Assembly (NCBI GenBank): GCA_013265495.1
Contig: MU058781.1
Span: 7,731,009 to 7,795,008, forward strand
Source: Vicugna vicugna
Taxonomy: Eukaryota
Reading direction: 5' to 3'
Length of the DNA: 64,000 nucleotides
Below the pieces are notes generated by a model. The model saw only the letters and a list, made by a program, of their open reading frames with translations, did no database searches and was not told the origin of the DNA. Positions 37,761 to 51,502 of the stretch are shown one piece after another (positions within the stretch are counted from its first letter, which is position 1; each line of letters begins with the position of its first letter). The position numbers and the translations under genes were made by a program.

Positions 37761-40700
37761 GTGTTTAATTTAGCATCATATGTATGTTTTTTTACTTGCC
37801 AGTGAAATAAATATTTGCTCTCTTAAAACCCCCTCCTCCCATACAAAAAAGCTTTTTATGGTTTCAGAACTCCTTCTGAAAACTGTTATAAATATACTCC
37901 AGGCTTCTCAGATAATAATTATGGCTTATTTCAAAACAGGCAAAAATGAAATAAATTTTAAAAATTCATTTCAAATCTACACAATGATTTTAGTGTCCTA
38001 AGCCCATATCTGACATCTAAACAAAAAGCCTTCATGGGGAGATACAGCCCACTAAATACACTGTAATTTGAGTCATAAATAACAAGATGATCCTCGGTCT
38101 GAAACCCCTCTTGGGATCTTGACGTTATTTCTCCAATGATTCACATGCATCTTTGCAAATATTCACACTGAATATCTAGTTCTTTTATGTCATTCCTTTG
38201 AACATATAATGCATGTCTCCAAATTACAACCTGGCCATACCCTAAAAGTTTGTCTGGGTAGGCAGCTGACACCCAGAATACATTTCTGTCATAGAAACAA
38301 TGTTGTAAACTGCTGAAAGGTTCCCAGGGTAATAGACACATGCCTATGTGCCTTGTAGATGGATAGGATTGCACCTGCAGAACCAGAAGGCTGTTTGGGA
38401 CCCCGAGGCTCTGAATGCAGGAGTGATGAAAACACTGATAAAGGGCTGTAAATTAAAGAGAAAGAAGGGAAATCTAAATGGTGTTAAGAAAATGGGCAAG
38501 AGCTGGAGACAGGTGAAGAAAACACTTGACCTGGTGAGGAAGGGAAAGGGAGTATGACAGCAAGAAAGAGAGGGAGAGAGAACTGGGTCACGGTCTGGAC
38601 ATTGTTTCCAATGTCACTTTCACTTTGACCCTCCCGAGCCTAGTGAAGGAGGAAACACAGAGCAGAAGAGGAAGCTGGAGGTGAAGGAGAGCTTTCTCTC
38701 CCCCTACCATTCTCTCCGCCCTGAATTGACTCCTTCCAGCCCTCCTTCACCCCCTGCCCACAATTCTCTCTATCCGGCCACATCATGGTGAGATAAAGGA
38801 CTATATACAAATCAAAAAAAAAAAAACACACTTCAAAAACAAACGCTACCCAGTGAATTTTTTATGTAGATAATTATAATATTGGCCGTTGGATTTCAGA
38901 ACAATTACATGCTGTGGTCACACAGCTGGAATGAAGAAATCATACTGTGAAGTGAAAAGTCTCCTGATTCTCTGGGGTTCAGCTCAGATTTGCCTTCTTC
39001 CAGAAGGGCTTCCAAACACGAGGAGAGGAGAAACAGAATAAAGAGGCAACAGAAAGAATTGTCTTGATCTCCGTCTTGCTAGCCTGGAGGAAAGGTGCCT
39101 TTGTACGAAACTCGGTTTGCAAACAATGAACATCTTTTGTGCTCCTTTTTGGCAAAGCAATTGATTCTAGTTAGAGATTGGCTGCAGGCCACCATGCAAG
39201 GAAGGTTTGTCTTTCCTATTCTGAAGAGTACAGCAAGAAGAGCTGCAACCAGGCTTTTTTTTTTCTTTTCTGATTATAACCAACGTTACAGTCTTTCTTC
39301 CTGCGACCCCTCCCCTGTAACCAATGGTATGCAATTCATAGGTCATATTTTATAACTTTTTTTAATCATAAAGAACAAAGCTAAACCTTTTGAGATATCT
39401 TAAAATAAGCTAGAGGACAATTACTTATAACCAATATCCTCTCCTCTCCCCACTCCTGAGTGTGACTTGTTTACCTTTTCCATCCTAAGAAAGAAACCGA
39501 ACCCAAACATTGTACTATGAACAGAAAGGTAATGGGGGTTTATTCAAATTTTATAATGCTGATGTGATAATGCAAAGATGGATTTCACTGTGAGAAGAGT
39601 GCCCAAGGCACACATAGGTACAAAGCTACTAAATTTCTATCAGATTTGCTTTAATAGAAGTAAAAATTAGTTAATATTAAGGTTTGATTAAATTTTGCTT
39701 TAATAAGAAAGAGATGAACATTTACTACTGATACTTTATTTGTTAGCTCCTTCCTGTCTTCTGTTTAAGGAAATGCATGCACTTTGTTGACTTTCATGAC
39801 CATGAAAAGTATTACACAGATGACTTAATATTAAACAGTGTCTAATATAGGCTGTGGTGTAAATGACACTTTGAAAGCAACAGGGGTTGAGGACTTTGCA
39901 GCTGACCAAAGAGTGGCTGAAGCCCAGAAGTGTGGCTTCCCTCCTCTCACAAAGGGGGCCACCGCGACGTCGGGGAGGTGCCCCGTAAACCCACTCCCAG
40001 ACGCTGCCGCTTTATCATTCTTGAGCTGGGAGCTGGGACCAGCTTTAAGTGACATCCATTTTGATTATCGACTTGGCTTGGGCTTCAAAGACAAATCCCA
40101 CGCCTAGAGAGCAAGGAGAGGAGGGAAGTCCTCTTCCCTAGATCTGGGAAGATGCAATTTGTCTGATTTCACACAGTGAAGGAAACATAAATGCTTCTCC
40201 TTCATGACAGGGAAGTGGGTTCTGCGAAATAAACATCCAAGCTTATTTTTCAAAGTGCAGCAGCCAGCAACAGATGCTACAAATCCAAGCAAGAGGCCAG
40301 GCAGAATAGACTTAGATCATTGTTCCACTGATTAACTGCTATCAAAGCTAAGGGCGAAAGAAGAGTCCTTCATTTTAGCAAATATCCTGGCAACAGAGGA
40401 ATCTGCTAAAGGACTATTTATTATTTAAGTGTGTTTTATTAAAATGTCAAAGAATATTTTGAAAATATAGTATTATCTGAAATTAGCTTTTAACTACAAG
40501 GTTATCAGATCATTCTTACACATTAAAGAATTAAAGAAGTGAAAAACAAAGTGATCCCAGGACATTCCACTGAAAATTTTAATTTGACTATCCAGGAATA
40601 CACATTTGTGAAACACTGTTAACAGAAATAAGAAATGAGTTTAGGGCAAACAGATGAAATCACTTCTGTGAGTCAAATTTGATTCCTCAGTAGGAAAACA

Positions 40701-40859
40701 GGAAGCTGAAGGAATTAATAATTTTTTTTAAAAATGTAAGACAGAGTCATGGCAACTTAATTAGGATTACTGAGAAGTAACTGGTAGCTAAGATTACTGA
40801 CTTACTCTTTTTACATATATGCACATTCGGCAATGCATTTAACCTCTATTTTAAAGGTT

Positions 40860-41260
40860 GATCTATTTTTACTGTAAAAGAATACATGCTCATTAATATA
40901 AGGAGATAAAAATAGAATACAAAAGAAATATGCAACCCATAGTTTTGGCACGTGCAGACACTGTACACATTCTGGCCAGTTTCCCTTTTGTTTTATTTCC
41001 TTATGTGCACGTATTAGTATGCTGTATGATGAGAGATTCATCTACATGCACATGCTATTTTGTTTTTCTGCTTTTTGTCCCTTTCATATCTTTTTCTTTA
41101 AACATGAAAATGCATTTAATAAGGCACTTTTCTTTTTCTGATAAGGGTAACATGTTCATTTCAAAAACTATGCAAACATACATAAAAAAGATTAAAATCA
41201 CCATTAGTTCTACGACAGTGACAATGGCTACATTTTGGTGAATGTCCTTTTCACCTGTAG
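40860..41260 (-). mobile_element. Very old L1M (L1ME/MC4-like) 3' fragments
   Basis: aatacatgctcatt...; taacatgttcatt...aaaatcaccattagttctac...acattttggtgaatgtcctttt. Confidence 0.5.
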
Positions 41261-41264
41261 TCCA

Positions 41265-42230
41265 TGTCCATCCATTCACTCTTTCATTCAGATGCACTCT
41301 TGGAGGACCTATTATATTCCAGGCCTTTACATTCTTGGTGCTAGGAAAACAGCAATGAACGAAACAAAAATCTCTGCCCTCAAGGAGCTAATAGTCTAGG
41401 CAAAGGAAACTGAAAATAAATTAAATGTGCAGTTTGTCAGACGGTGAGAGGAAAAGAAAGTAGTTAAAGGACATGAGATGAATAGGACGATTTGTAGTTT
41501 TAAATAGGGTGGTCAGGAAAGGACTCACTGAGACTAGGACATTTGAGCCAAGACAAGAAAGAAGCAGAGAAGGAAGAAGACTGACTATCTGATAGAAGAG
41601 CAAGTGCAAAGGTCCTGCAGTAGGAAACTGGCCAGTGAATTCTAGGAAAAGCAAGAGGCTGGAGCTGAGAGAACTCAGAGTACACAAGGTGAGATCTAAG
41701 GATAAAGGGAGGGAGATCCCCTTTCTGAGTGAGAAGGGAAGCCACTGGGGAAAGTTGAGCAAAGACTTGACTTGATGTAGTTTATGTTTTGAATAGTTCA
41801 TTTTGGAATCCTGTGTTAAGAAAAGCTACAAAGGTATAGAGATCAGTAAGAAGTTGTTGCAGTAATCTATGTGGCTTGGGCTAGCGTTAGTGGTGAAGAT
41901 GATATAAAGTGTTCACATGTCTTTTGTGGTCCAGACGACAGGATGTGCTGATGGAGGATCTGGGAGAAACAGAAAGTTAAAGGTGAATCCACCTTTAGTC
42001 TGAGCATCTGGGAGAATGCTGTTGCATTTACTGAGATGAGCAGGACTAACGGAGGGACAGGTTTGTGGGGCAAACAAGGAAATGTGGTCTTACACATGCC
42101 AAGTTAAAAGGGATATGGGAAATCTACAGTTGAGGGAAGTAGTCCAGTCTGGAGATAGACCTTTGGTAACTGTCAGAATGTTTACAGTATTTAAAGATAC
42201 GTGTTAGGATGAGATCACAGGAGAGTTTGG
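41265..42230 (-). mobile_element. L2 (L2a-like) ~1-kb 3' region
   Basis: catccattcactctttcattca...ggtgctaggaaaacagcaatgaac...ctgccctcaaggagct...gggtggtcaggaaagg...tgcaaaggtcctgcag...tgagtgagaagggaagccactgg...ggatgagatcac. Confidence 0.9.
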
Positions 42231-42412
42231 GAGGAGTTTCTCTTGGGCAGAGAGAGAAAAAGAGAAACGTGCAAGAGAGATGATTAGCAACATAAGAGCA
42301 GGAGGAATGGTCACACAGGATTTTATTCCATCATGGGTTACCCTGAAGGACTGAAAAATCCTGTGACTTTGGAGTTTTTCAGAAAATAACCCTAACTTAT
42401 CTAGATAATGTA

Positions 42413-42703
42413 GCAGTGGTCTCTAGTACAGTATGCAGACTTCTGGAAGTACTTCAAATAATACACTGAGGAATGGGAGGAAAGCATTAGACATCGACCT
42501 TACGAGAAGTCAAAATTGAATATACTGTTGTATTATGTGCTTTGTATGAATTGACAGGAATACACGTGCACATGTATGCATGTCTATATTTTAGAGATGA
42601 GAGATCTAAAATGCTTGGAAAAGATTGTACTCGAGGGAGAATTAGCAAAAAGCTGAAAAGGGCTTTTCGCTTTTTTGTGATAGATCATCTGGAAACACAC
42701 TGC
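42413..42703. mobile_element. hAT-Charlie MITE (Charlie18a-like)
   Basis: Starts cagtggtctc, contains gggaggaaagcattagac, ends ggaaacacactg (terminal inverted similarity). Confidence 0.5.
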
Positions 42704-43767
42704 CATCCCTGTGTCTGGATGTGTGGTTAAAAAGGCCACTAACCCAACCGTGTGGCACTGGCCAGGGTAGGCACTAACACGTCAGCATTAATGTTATCTC
42801 GAAGGCTCCCCCTCTCCCCCAGAAGCCTTGAAGATCTGGGCGCCGACTCAGATCCCAGCCCAGCTTGCACACTTATTGCTAGCATCCCGCAGCACAGTTC
42901 TGGGTCTCATGGTCACCAAGAGAGAGGAATACCGGTTGCACAGTGAAATCAGAAGGCTTGAGGATCTGCCCTGCTTCCCTTTGTTGTGTGTTTCTGCCAT
43001 TATTTCATCTGAGAGAGACCCTCTAGGGTTCCTGCATTTGTCCTCCGAAGAGGGGGCCCAGCCCAGCAAAGTGTGGAGGCCACTTAAAAACCCTGCGTGC
43101 GGCACTGTGATCATTTGTCGCCATTTATTTTTGCTGAAGCTATGTACCTTTGATTAAACCTGGCACAGCACTTCAGAAGCCACTGATAGACATCAAAGAC
43201 GTTAGCTCTCCTAGATCAAAATAGACTGCAGGTTTGGACGTGGACCAGCGCTGTTTGAACACTGAGAACAGTCCACAGCAGGAGGCAATTGCATTTGGAC
43301 AAGAATCAGAAAAGAACCAAATGGATTTCCTCTATTTCTTCCTTCATTAGCAGCACGGCAAATGCCTTCAGCCCATCAGAAGAGAAATCTTTATTGGATT
43401 TTTATCCAAAAACCTGTTTGGGGTGGGAGAGGGGATAAAATTTGAGGTGGAAAATTTAAACAACCTCCTACATGATTAAAGTCTGTAATAAAGGTAGATA
43501 TAATTCACGTTTGAGGCGCAGCATAAATACCGTAATAGTTCCCTTTATTTTATGTGCAGTTGTAGGTAGGGCCCAAATATGTCTGAAGAGTATGGAGTTA
43601 CTTTATCTTCACTTAGTTGTCTGGGAACAATTAAAAGGCACACACAGACGCATCATATTCAGGATCAAGTAGGAAAAAAATTACACATGTAGATATGCTT
43701 TTGAGATACATTGAGAAAAAGAAGGAGTTTCATTTTTATGTGCTCTACCTTCAGGGATGGTTACCTG

Positions 43768-43855
43768 GTTAAGCATTTGTCTAAATGCTTTAAATGCCTA
43801 TTTCTAAATCCAGTTAAGCATTTGTCTAAATGCTTTAAATGCCTATTTCTAAATC
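43768..43855. repeat. Perfect 43-bp tandem duplication (period 45)
   Basis: gttaagcatttgtctaaatgctttaaatgcctatttctaaatc at 43768-43810 and 43813-43855. Confidence 0.97.
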
Positions 43856-44059
43856 ATACCTAATATAAGTAAATTAATTAAATAGATCATACAGCATCAA
43901 TTTCAAAATAAACTCAAGTCAAATTGGTAGACGGCCAAGTACAATGACTGGAATAAAACTATGGGTAATCAGTAACTCCGCTTTTACTTTTTAAAGAACT
44001 AATAACCAGTAATTCCGTTTTTTATTCTTTTTTTTAACAATGAGATTTCTAAATGCTGA

Positions 44060-44592
44060 GAGATTAACGACCTCATTTGCTCTTCACAATGGCTCTGCGA
44101 TGCGGCCACAGTTATTGATCCCGGTCTACTGATGAAGCCATGGAGGCTCTAAGAGTGGATTAATGCACCCAGGATCAATCAACTATTGGAATCAGGGATC
44201 AGCAAACTGTTTCTGCAAAGGGCCAGAGAGCAAATATTATCTGTAAGGCTGCTGTTACAACTACTCAACTCGGCCACTGCAGCGGGAAAGCAGGCACAGA
44301 CCATTCATGAATGAATGAGTGTGACTGTATCCCCAGACACTTTACGCATGGAGACTGAAATTGGAATTGCATATAATTTTCACATCATGAAACACTGTTC
44401 TTCTTTTGATGTGCTCCCCAACCATTTAAACACGTAAACATTTTAAACCAAAAGCAGTTAGAACCAGAAGAGGTGGTGGGCTGGATCTGGTCCCGAGGCG
44501 GTCAGTTTGCAATGCCTGATAGGAAGTGAGAGGGTGGGGGCTCCAATTTACATCTTCTGCCATGGCCCATGGTCTTTCCATGATGCCACGTG
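44060..44592 (-). mobile_element. MIR SINE split by MER58
   Basis: ctcatttgctcttcacaat...ctactgatgaagccatggaggctctaagag...cccaggatca left of MER58; MIR-like remainder ...ggtctttccatgatgccac right of it. Confidence 0.6.
44193..44518. mobile_element. MER58(B-like) hAT-Charlie MITE with degenerate 8-bp TSD
   Basis: TIRs cagggatcagcaaact / agtttgcaatgcctg; aaagggccaga..caaatatt, caactactcaactc; TSD attggaat / ataggaag (6/8). Confidence 0.92.
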
Positions 44593-46189
44593 GGTTTGTT
44601 TCATAACTGAGGAGAGACCTTACTCAGAGACTTGAAATCTGGAGAGTTCAATGGATGTCCCTACTTTTGAAATTAAGCACAAGACTCAAACATACTAAGC
44701 TTCTGCATCCAAAGAGAGAGCTAGGGTAATCACCAGCAGCAGGGCAATTAGCAAAGAGAGAGCCAGTAGCAAGCCCAGCGAACACTTCATTGTCAGCTAG
44801 AGGGCTTGGCTAAAAGTAAATTTAATACTCATTAAAAAATGAACACTGCCTTAATGCCACTTCAGAGGCTGGTAAATTGTAGCTAACTCTGAGCAATTCC
44901 GGAAGCGGTCCCATTGCTTCAAGACTGACATCTCCTTACAAACAAATCCTTCACAGGGCAGGGAGACTGGGAGAAGCCCCCTCTTGGAAAGGTTAGGTGT
45001 CCCCTGAAACACTCCAGACTTGAAATTCTGCCCCCTGCAAAGAGCAGTAAGTGTGGTCATGAGCCAAAGAGAGAGTAGGCATTGATCCTACAGAAATGCC
45101 AGCATGAGAGCTTCGTGAAGTACAGCCCCATTGAGAAAAAGTTTTGAGAATTGCACCTGCCTAGTGATTAAAAACACACTCCTATCCAGGTACATTTCAT
45201 CATTTTTATATTTGTTTTCTTCCTCCCAGACCATGATTTACAACAACCCCTCTGAAGCACGAGGCTGAAATCTGTCTCCTTGAGCCTCTTCTTCCCTGAG
45301 TGATTTTGTGGGGATAGAGCTGTTCAGAAGCGCTGAGCAGTTGCTGGTGTGCCGTGGAGTAAAACTGTCAGTGTGATTTAAAAATACATATTGCAGAAAA
45401 TAAGAAAATGCATTTTAACAACCCTGTCACTTTGTCTTCTACGGAAAACAAAGGCAGTGACAGAGAGAGTTCAAAATAATAAAAGTCTCTGTTAATTGTG
45501 AGGCGTTTACAACCTCAAAATCACATCGGAGTGCCAGGAGCCCTAGCAGGTATTCAGGTCTCTCAGAACTAAAATAACAGGAGTTAATTGCCCAAGTGAT
45601 AGATGACTTCGGAGAAATGCACTTGAGTAAGTAAGTTAGTGACGGAAGGAAGGAAATGAGTGACTAACCACATATATGTGCATACAGATATTTTTTAAAG
45701 ATATTTTGGATACTTTTGGATTCTGGATGCACAGCTTGATCATCTTTGATACTACCCCATTTTCCTTTTGTTCTGGTTGATTTTATGACATCATGGAATT
45801 AACCTAAAAACATAGAAATCAACCTAAAATGCTGGACTTGTCTTTAAATTGCTTTTAGTTTTATATTTGCCTACCATCTATACTTGAAGAACTTCCTCCG
45901 CTCTGGGGGTTTGTACATGCACCCATATGGCCTGGCCTAGTGGGACATTCTTTCATCAGAATGGCATCAATGTATCTTGTGTCTCATAATGGATACTCTA
46001 CTCTGTACTACACTTTGAAGGGAAAATGCATATCCATGCGAGTGTAGTGGATAGGGAGGAGAAGAAGAAGAAAGATCGTATGCAGGAGGGACATGATTTC
46101 ACTCCTGCTATCTGGATAGACAGACAGATGACAGACAGATATTTAAGTACATCCTTGAAGCACAGAAGCAGATACTTGGAATTTTATAG

Positions 46190-47140
46190 ATGAGTTTTTC
46201 TCAACCTTTTTTTATGACGCACATAGAAAATGATATTTCTTAAATACCCTGGAGTAAATGGGAAGGAATTTGAGAACATGTATTTGAGACTTGGTTAAAA
46301 ACACTCTTATACTTATATAATTGTGGTAAGAGAAAAAATGAGAAATATTAAGGATTAATTTTTATAAAACTTCTAATAATATATCAAAATGTTTAAAGAG
46401 AAATTTGAGCTTGCTTCTGTGAATATGTCCATTCTATATCAGGTTTTCAGCTTGAAATGGCTATACCTAATTCCTAGCTAAGGCTGTGCAATGACTGTTT
46501 CTTCAAATTCTTGGTATTTGTGATCTATGAAATACTTCCATATGAGTCAATACTGTATTTTTTAAAAAGTCTTTAAAACTTTTCATTTACAATAGTTGAT
46601 TTTTTAAAAGGATCTAATAGTGCTTATTTTTCTTAAATTACCAATGATACTGAAATTTCTTGAGATAATGTATTTGGATTTCAAACCCAAATGGGGTTGC
46701 TCGGTTATTTCAGAAACAATGAAGCTCCAGTTTGTACACCACGTGCACGTTTGCTAGGGCAGTCACCCTGCGGCTCCAGTGGAGGGTCCACGGAGACAAG
46801 GAAAGGCTGCATCTGCTTATCCAGCCCCAGTCAGGGCTCCGTCTGCGTCCCTCAACTTTCCAATCTCCCAGCCAAAAGAGCCAACCACCACGCTTGGAAC
46901 ACCCCCTTCCCAACCTCAAATAAACTAAAACTCTGAGAGGCTAGAAGCCACCTGGAAGGTTTTGTAAGAGACATGCTACCAAACTCTCTGAGCAATGGAC
47001 ATTAACAGTGGAGGGGCTTTCTGTGCCGTCCTGGGATCAGCACCACTCTCAGGGCAGGGGGAAGGCAACTCCTCATCACTCACCACAACTCAAATTTACC
47101 CCAGTCGACCACACGCTCAACCAAGGGAGCTGCGGTTGCT
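46190..47140. mobile_element. hAT-Charlie relic (MER102/Charlie8-like)
   Basis: Left end gagtttttctcaaccttttt..gcacatagaaaatgata..ctggagtaaatg resembles recalled MER102 terminus; AT-rich interior; right boundary uncertain. Confidence 0.55.
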
Positions 47141-47792
47141 TATCCCTGGTTATTCTCACTGCTTCCCTAGAACACGGGCAATTGTGAAAATGGAAAAAAA
47201 AGCCTGATTGACATCAGATATGCAACTAAAAGATTTCAAAATTCGTTTGTTTTACATGTTGCTAATGACTGAAAAATGCTTTTCTGTATATCACAGGATA
47301 GTTTTTGATTTTCTGACATTTTAAAAATTGCAGTCTTGGGGAATTCACTGTGTTACGAACAACTCAAGAAAATATGTCTCTTAAATAGACTACATCTTTG
47401 CCTAAATTTTTACCCTACCCAGAGATTGTTCATAAAAATTTGACTTTGACCTTGATCAACAAATTTAGCATTAAACATTTTTTAAAAATGTATGTTTTGC
47501 ATTAGGTAAAAACTGGATCTCTCGTAATACCAATTTCAGAAAATGATTTTTAATATTTTCATAATAAGCATGAAAATATGTCAACCACTTGTTAAAAACA
47601 GTCTCCATTCTTTATGTGCTCCAAAAATCTAAATACTCTAATGGAAAGAAGTTCAGGGTCGGTTTGATAGTGTGAGATTTTAGGTATGATTCTATGAGAC
47701 CAGGACAATTCATAGGCATCATCAGATCAAGCATTACAAAGCTGGTATCTGTGGACAGCTCCTTGTCTTGTCCGGGGAGACGTCACCAGCAC

Positions 47793-48312
47793 TGCAGTAA
47801 AGAAGAACAAATCTGACTCCATATTAGCTCGGTTCCTTTGGCTCTAACTCCGTGTTCTGTTCCCTGTGCTTAGTCATGCTGGTTCTGTACCTTCTGTGAA
47901 AGGATGCTGCCTATTGCCTACAATACATAGGACAGCCCATTCTCAAGGCTCCGACCCTGCAGGGCATGACATTTTCCCATTCATATAAAGACTAAAAAGT
48001 TGCAGAATAGAAAACAACATTTGTCTTGCTGGAGGTTTAGCGGGACATCGTGACCTGATCTACTCTGACAGCTGAAAAAACAAAGGATTCCAACACCAAG
48101 AAGCTTCCAACAACCAATCATACTCCCTCCCCTTTTCAGTATAAAAGGAGCCTAAATTCTGATTTGGGAAAGATAGTTCTCTAGGACATTAGTCCCCCAT
48201 CTTGTTGGTCTGCTGGCTTTCTGAATAAAGTCATTATTCCTTGTCCCAACACCTCGTCTCCCGATTTACTGGCCTGAGGATGGTGAGCAGAGCAAGTTTG
48301 GACTCGGTAAAA
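47793..48312 (+). mobile_element. ERV1 solo LTR (artiodactyl MER41-like)
   Basis: tgcagtaaagaagaacaaatctgactccatattag...CCAAT ~48114, TATAAAA 48140-48146, AATAAA 48224-48229...tttggactcggtaa; aligns end to end with 54901-55418. Confidence 0.9.
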
Positions 48313-49780
48313 ACAGCTGAAGGAGCCACAACTGCAAGGTACACTCTATTTGATTTCAGACACGCAGCCATAATCTAGTAATTTAAGAAGCAGTATTTAA
48401 TAAAAAGAGAAAGCAAATTAAAAAATGAGTTGTGTTAATATATGTGATTAATAACCCAATTTAAATTTTAAGGTTTTAACATTTTAATAGGTCTAGTCGT
48501 TTGTTCTTAGTCACACGCATAATTACTTATCCTCATTCTTTTGATTTAATAACAGAAAAGTCCGAATAATCTTTGTAGAAAAATGTTCTGTGGGTAAAAC
48601 TGATCTGAGTACAAATGTTATCAAAGCCATGTGGTCACACTGTATATGACCAAGTGGAAAAAAAAACCCTTTATACTCATACTGATCATGGTTAGAAATA
48701 TAAATATGTTGTTTTCTCCCAATATGATTACCATGGAGCAAGATAACGTTTATCTGCTTACTCCTTAACTCTAACAGTTTGTGTCAAAGTTGAAACAGAA
48801 AAAAGAAAAGTAGAACTTCTCAACACAGAAACCCCAGGATACCAGCTGACCCCCACACAACTCTCTTTTCCTCCAGCGTCTCAGGCACAGGAAATGCTCA
48901 AATTCCAGGGAAAAGGCAACATTCAATCTCTTAGTAAGGCGTCTCTGAAAGCATATTTAAATGATTTCCTGAAGTCAAATTCAAAGTTTCTCAATGAATG
49001 CATTTCAGAATCACCAGAAGAGTAGCTTCAAAGTACATTTTTTACTGCAGATCAATTAAGCAAATAAATAATAAACTCACCCCTCCCCACTCTACTCTAG
49101 TTTGCTGCCCTCTTCAACTCAGAGACCAATAAAGAGACGCTATTTATCCAGGGGTATCCTGAAGGGGTGTGTGTGTGTGTGTGTACAGATAGGTATGTAT
49201 AAATATACGGAATCTCACCCCAGACCTCAGAGTGAGAACTGCCTGGTTTGACTCACACACCCAGGTTCTTGCAGAGATCCCCAGTCCCCGCCTCTGTGCT
49301 GGAATGGGGATCTGCCAAGCGCCCCTGCTTCGGTTCCCCACTTAAGGGATTATCACTCTGACCACGCTTTCCTCTTCCTCTGCCTTGGAGCCTATGAGGG
49401 CCCTTGTTGGCAAGGGCAGGGCCAGCACGGGCCCACAGTAATTCGGGGGATTCTGTGGCCTCCTTCAGGAACCTTAAAACATTCATGGCTTCTGGGAGGC
49501 CAGGCAGTAAATGTCAGGGCAGGGCCAAGATTTCTGAGAGCTGCTTGCTCTTCCTGGAAGCACAGGTGTCTAAACATTAGGAATGGCCACTCGGTCTCAA
49601 TAATGCCTCCTATTGGTGGACGAATTCTGCAAATTTTTATTTGTCAGGAAGAATACATTTGATGAACACTTAATTATTATGCAATTCTTCTTTCCTGTTC
49701 TTCCCCCGCCCCCAGCCCTTTTCTTTTAATCTAACACCTTTCTCCAGGGAAATCAATCATACTAAACAAACATGTACTAA

Positions 49781-49950
49781 CGTGGTCTTTAAGCACTTTG
49801 TGATCACCTGGAGAGCTTTCCAAACTACAGGAGCCTGGGTCCCACCCCCAGATGTTTCTGCTTTGATCGGCTGGAGTGGGCCTGGGCACCAGGATGTTAA
49901 CTACTTCCCCAAGTGATTCTTAACACGCAGCCAAGACTGAGAATCACTTG
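49781..49950. mobile_element. MER5A-type MITE
   Basis: atcacctggagagcttt...cctgggtcccacccccaga...gggcctgggcacc...ccccaagtgattct...gactgagaatcact. Confidence 0.85.
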
Positions 49951-50534
49951 GAAGGAAAAAATCCTAGGCTGGGAGTGGAAGGAATTAAAATTTTTGAGTA
50001 AATCAATATAATCCAATGCTCCAAAAGAGAAAGACACCCTTGCTGATAAAAGATAGCCCAGCCACCTAATTCAGAATTCACAGCTTTGTTCGCTGTTTTA
50101 CAGTCTCTGTGTTATTAATTTTCTGTTTCATAAACCTGACAAACATAATTGTTAATTGCATACCATCCACTCCACCCTCACAGTAATGGTTCCTCTCAGA
50201 ACCCTCATCTGATATACAGCTATAGTGCAATGCCCCGCTATATTAAATTTCAATTTAATTATCTTTATTACAGCATCACCTCCTTGGAGGAAATGATTAA
50301 CTCTGAGATGGACTTATAATAGAAAAAAAAGGTATTGCAGTGAGCTTTGCCCTAAAGCCCTGTGCTACTATATAGGTTTCATTTGCAGGCATAAGAGCAA
50401 CAATAAAATGGTTGAAAAATGAGCTGCTCTTCCATTTCCTCAGATCCCTGTGACGTGATCCCTCAGAGGTCCCTACCGGTGCACACAAAAGTTGAGTAGT
50501 ATAAGAAGTGGGACTTTAATGCACAACTTCCTTT

Positions 50535-50582
50535 GTGTGTGTGTGTGCGCACATGTGCTCGCACACGTACACACATGCACAC
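50535..50582. repeat. (TG)n/(CA)n alternating purine-pyrimidine tract
   Basis: tgtgtgtgtgtgtgcgcacatgtgctcgcacacgtacacacatgcacac. Confidence 0.85.
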
Positions 50583-51282
50583 TTCAGTCAAAGACAAAGA
50601 ATTAGTCAAATAATTAGCACAGGAGAGAATGGTTAGCAGCCCATGGACAGTACGTGTCCACTACTTCGTAACTGATCTTTCTGAGATTAAACTTTAGTTA
50701 GTACTGTGTAACTTACCAAAAAATCTCAGGGTGTTTTACTTTTAAGTATTACTTAATGTGACTTTCAATAAGAATCTCTTTAACCTTGGTTTGCAAATTA
50801 AAAGAACTTGAAGCTTCCCAGTTCACCAGAAGTAACTGTTCTCCTCAATTAACACTCGGGGCTTGAATTTCACGCAACTACAGTATTAGGTGACTGAGTG
50901 GAAACAAACTGGAAAATGGGACCACAGGGCTTTGAGACGCCATGTGATTTCAGCAAAACTGAAAGGAATTTTATTATCATGAGCTAGAGCATTTATACGG
51001 CAAGAAGGTACGTTGAGATGAACTGCTGTGAGGAGTGGATGGGCACTGTTCCACATACATTCCTCCTCCCGCCCATTTTTGTCCTCTTTAAACAGGTTTG
51101 GGAAATTCAGGCGCAGAGAAACTGACCTGTCCAAATCTCAAACCATGGGGTCCAGCCTATGTACAGACAACACCACAGAAACTTGAACTCTTCAACAAAC
51201 TGGGATATCTGCATGTAGCTAGGGCTCCAGCTTGAACTCACTGCAGGATACTGACACATTTGGTGCAGCAAAGATGTAGGAG

Positions 51283-51502
51283 GGAGAGGTGGAGATCCAG
51301 GAAGCTTTTTTGGTGAGAACAAATCCTGCAGGAGAACATGTTGAGACATTGGAGGGAATAGCCATTCCCAAGGGAGAGAGCCTTCTGAGCACGGAGAGGT
51401 GGAGATCCAGGAAGCTTTTTTGGTAAGAACAAATCCTGCAGGAGAACATGTTGAGACATTGGAGGGAATAGCCATTCCAAAGGGAGAGAGCCTTCTGAGC
51501 AC
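51283..51502. repeat. 110-bp head-to-tail tandem duplication (2 mismatches)
   Basis: 51283-51392 vs 51393-51502; differences g/a at 51315/51425 and c/a at 51369/51479. Confidence 0.98.

Noticed and set aside
39188..39210. Perfect GCCACCATG followed by a donor-like gtttgt
   Set aside because: One 9-mer is unsurprising in 128 kb of two-strand sequence; weak donor, no CpG island, and opposite to the inferred host strand
49271..49315. Hairpin agatccccagtcc / ggaatggggatct as a pre-miRNA
   Set aside because: Stem of ~13-16 bp is too short and there is no other support
43768..51502. Direct repeats as a CRISPR-like array or prokaryotic system
   Set aside because: Only two-copy duplications without spacers; the sequence is mammalian, with no operons or cas genes
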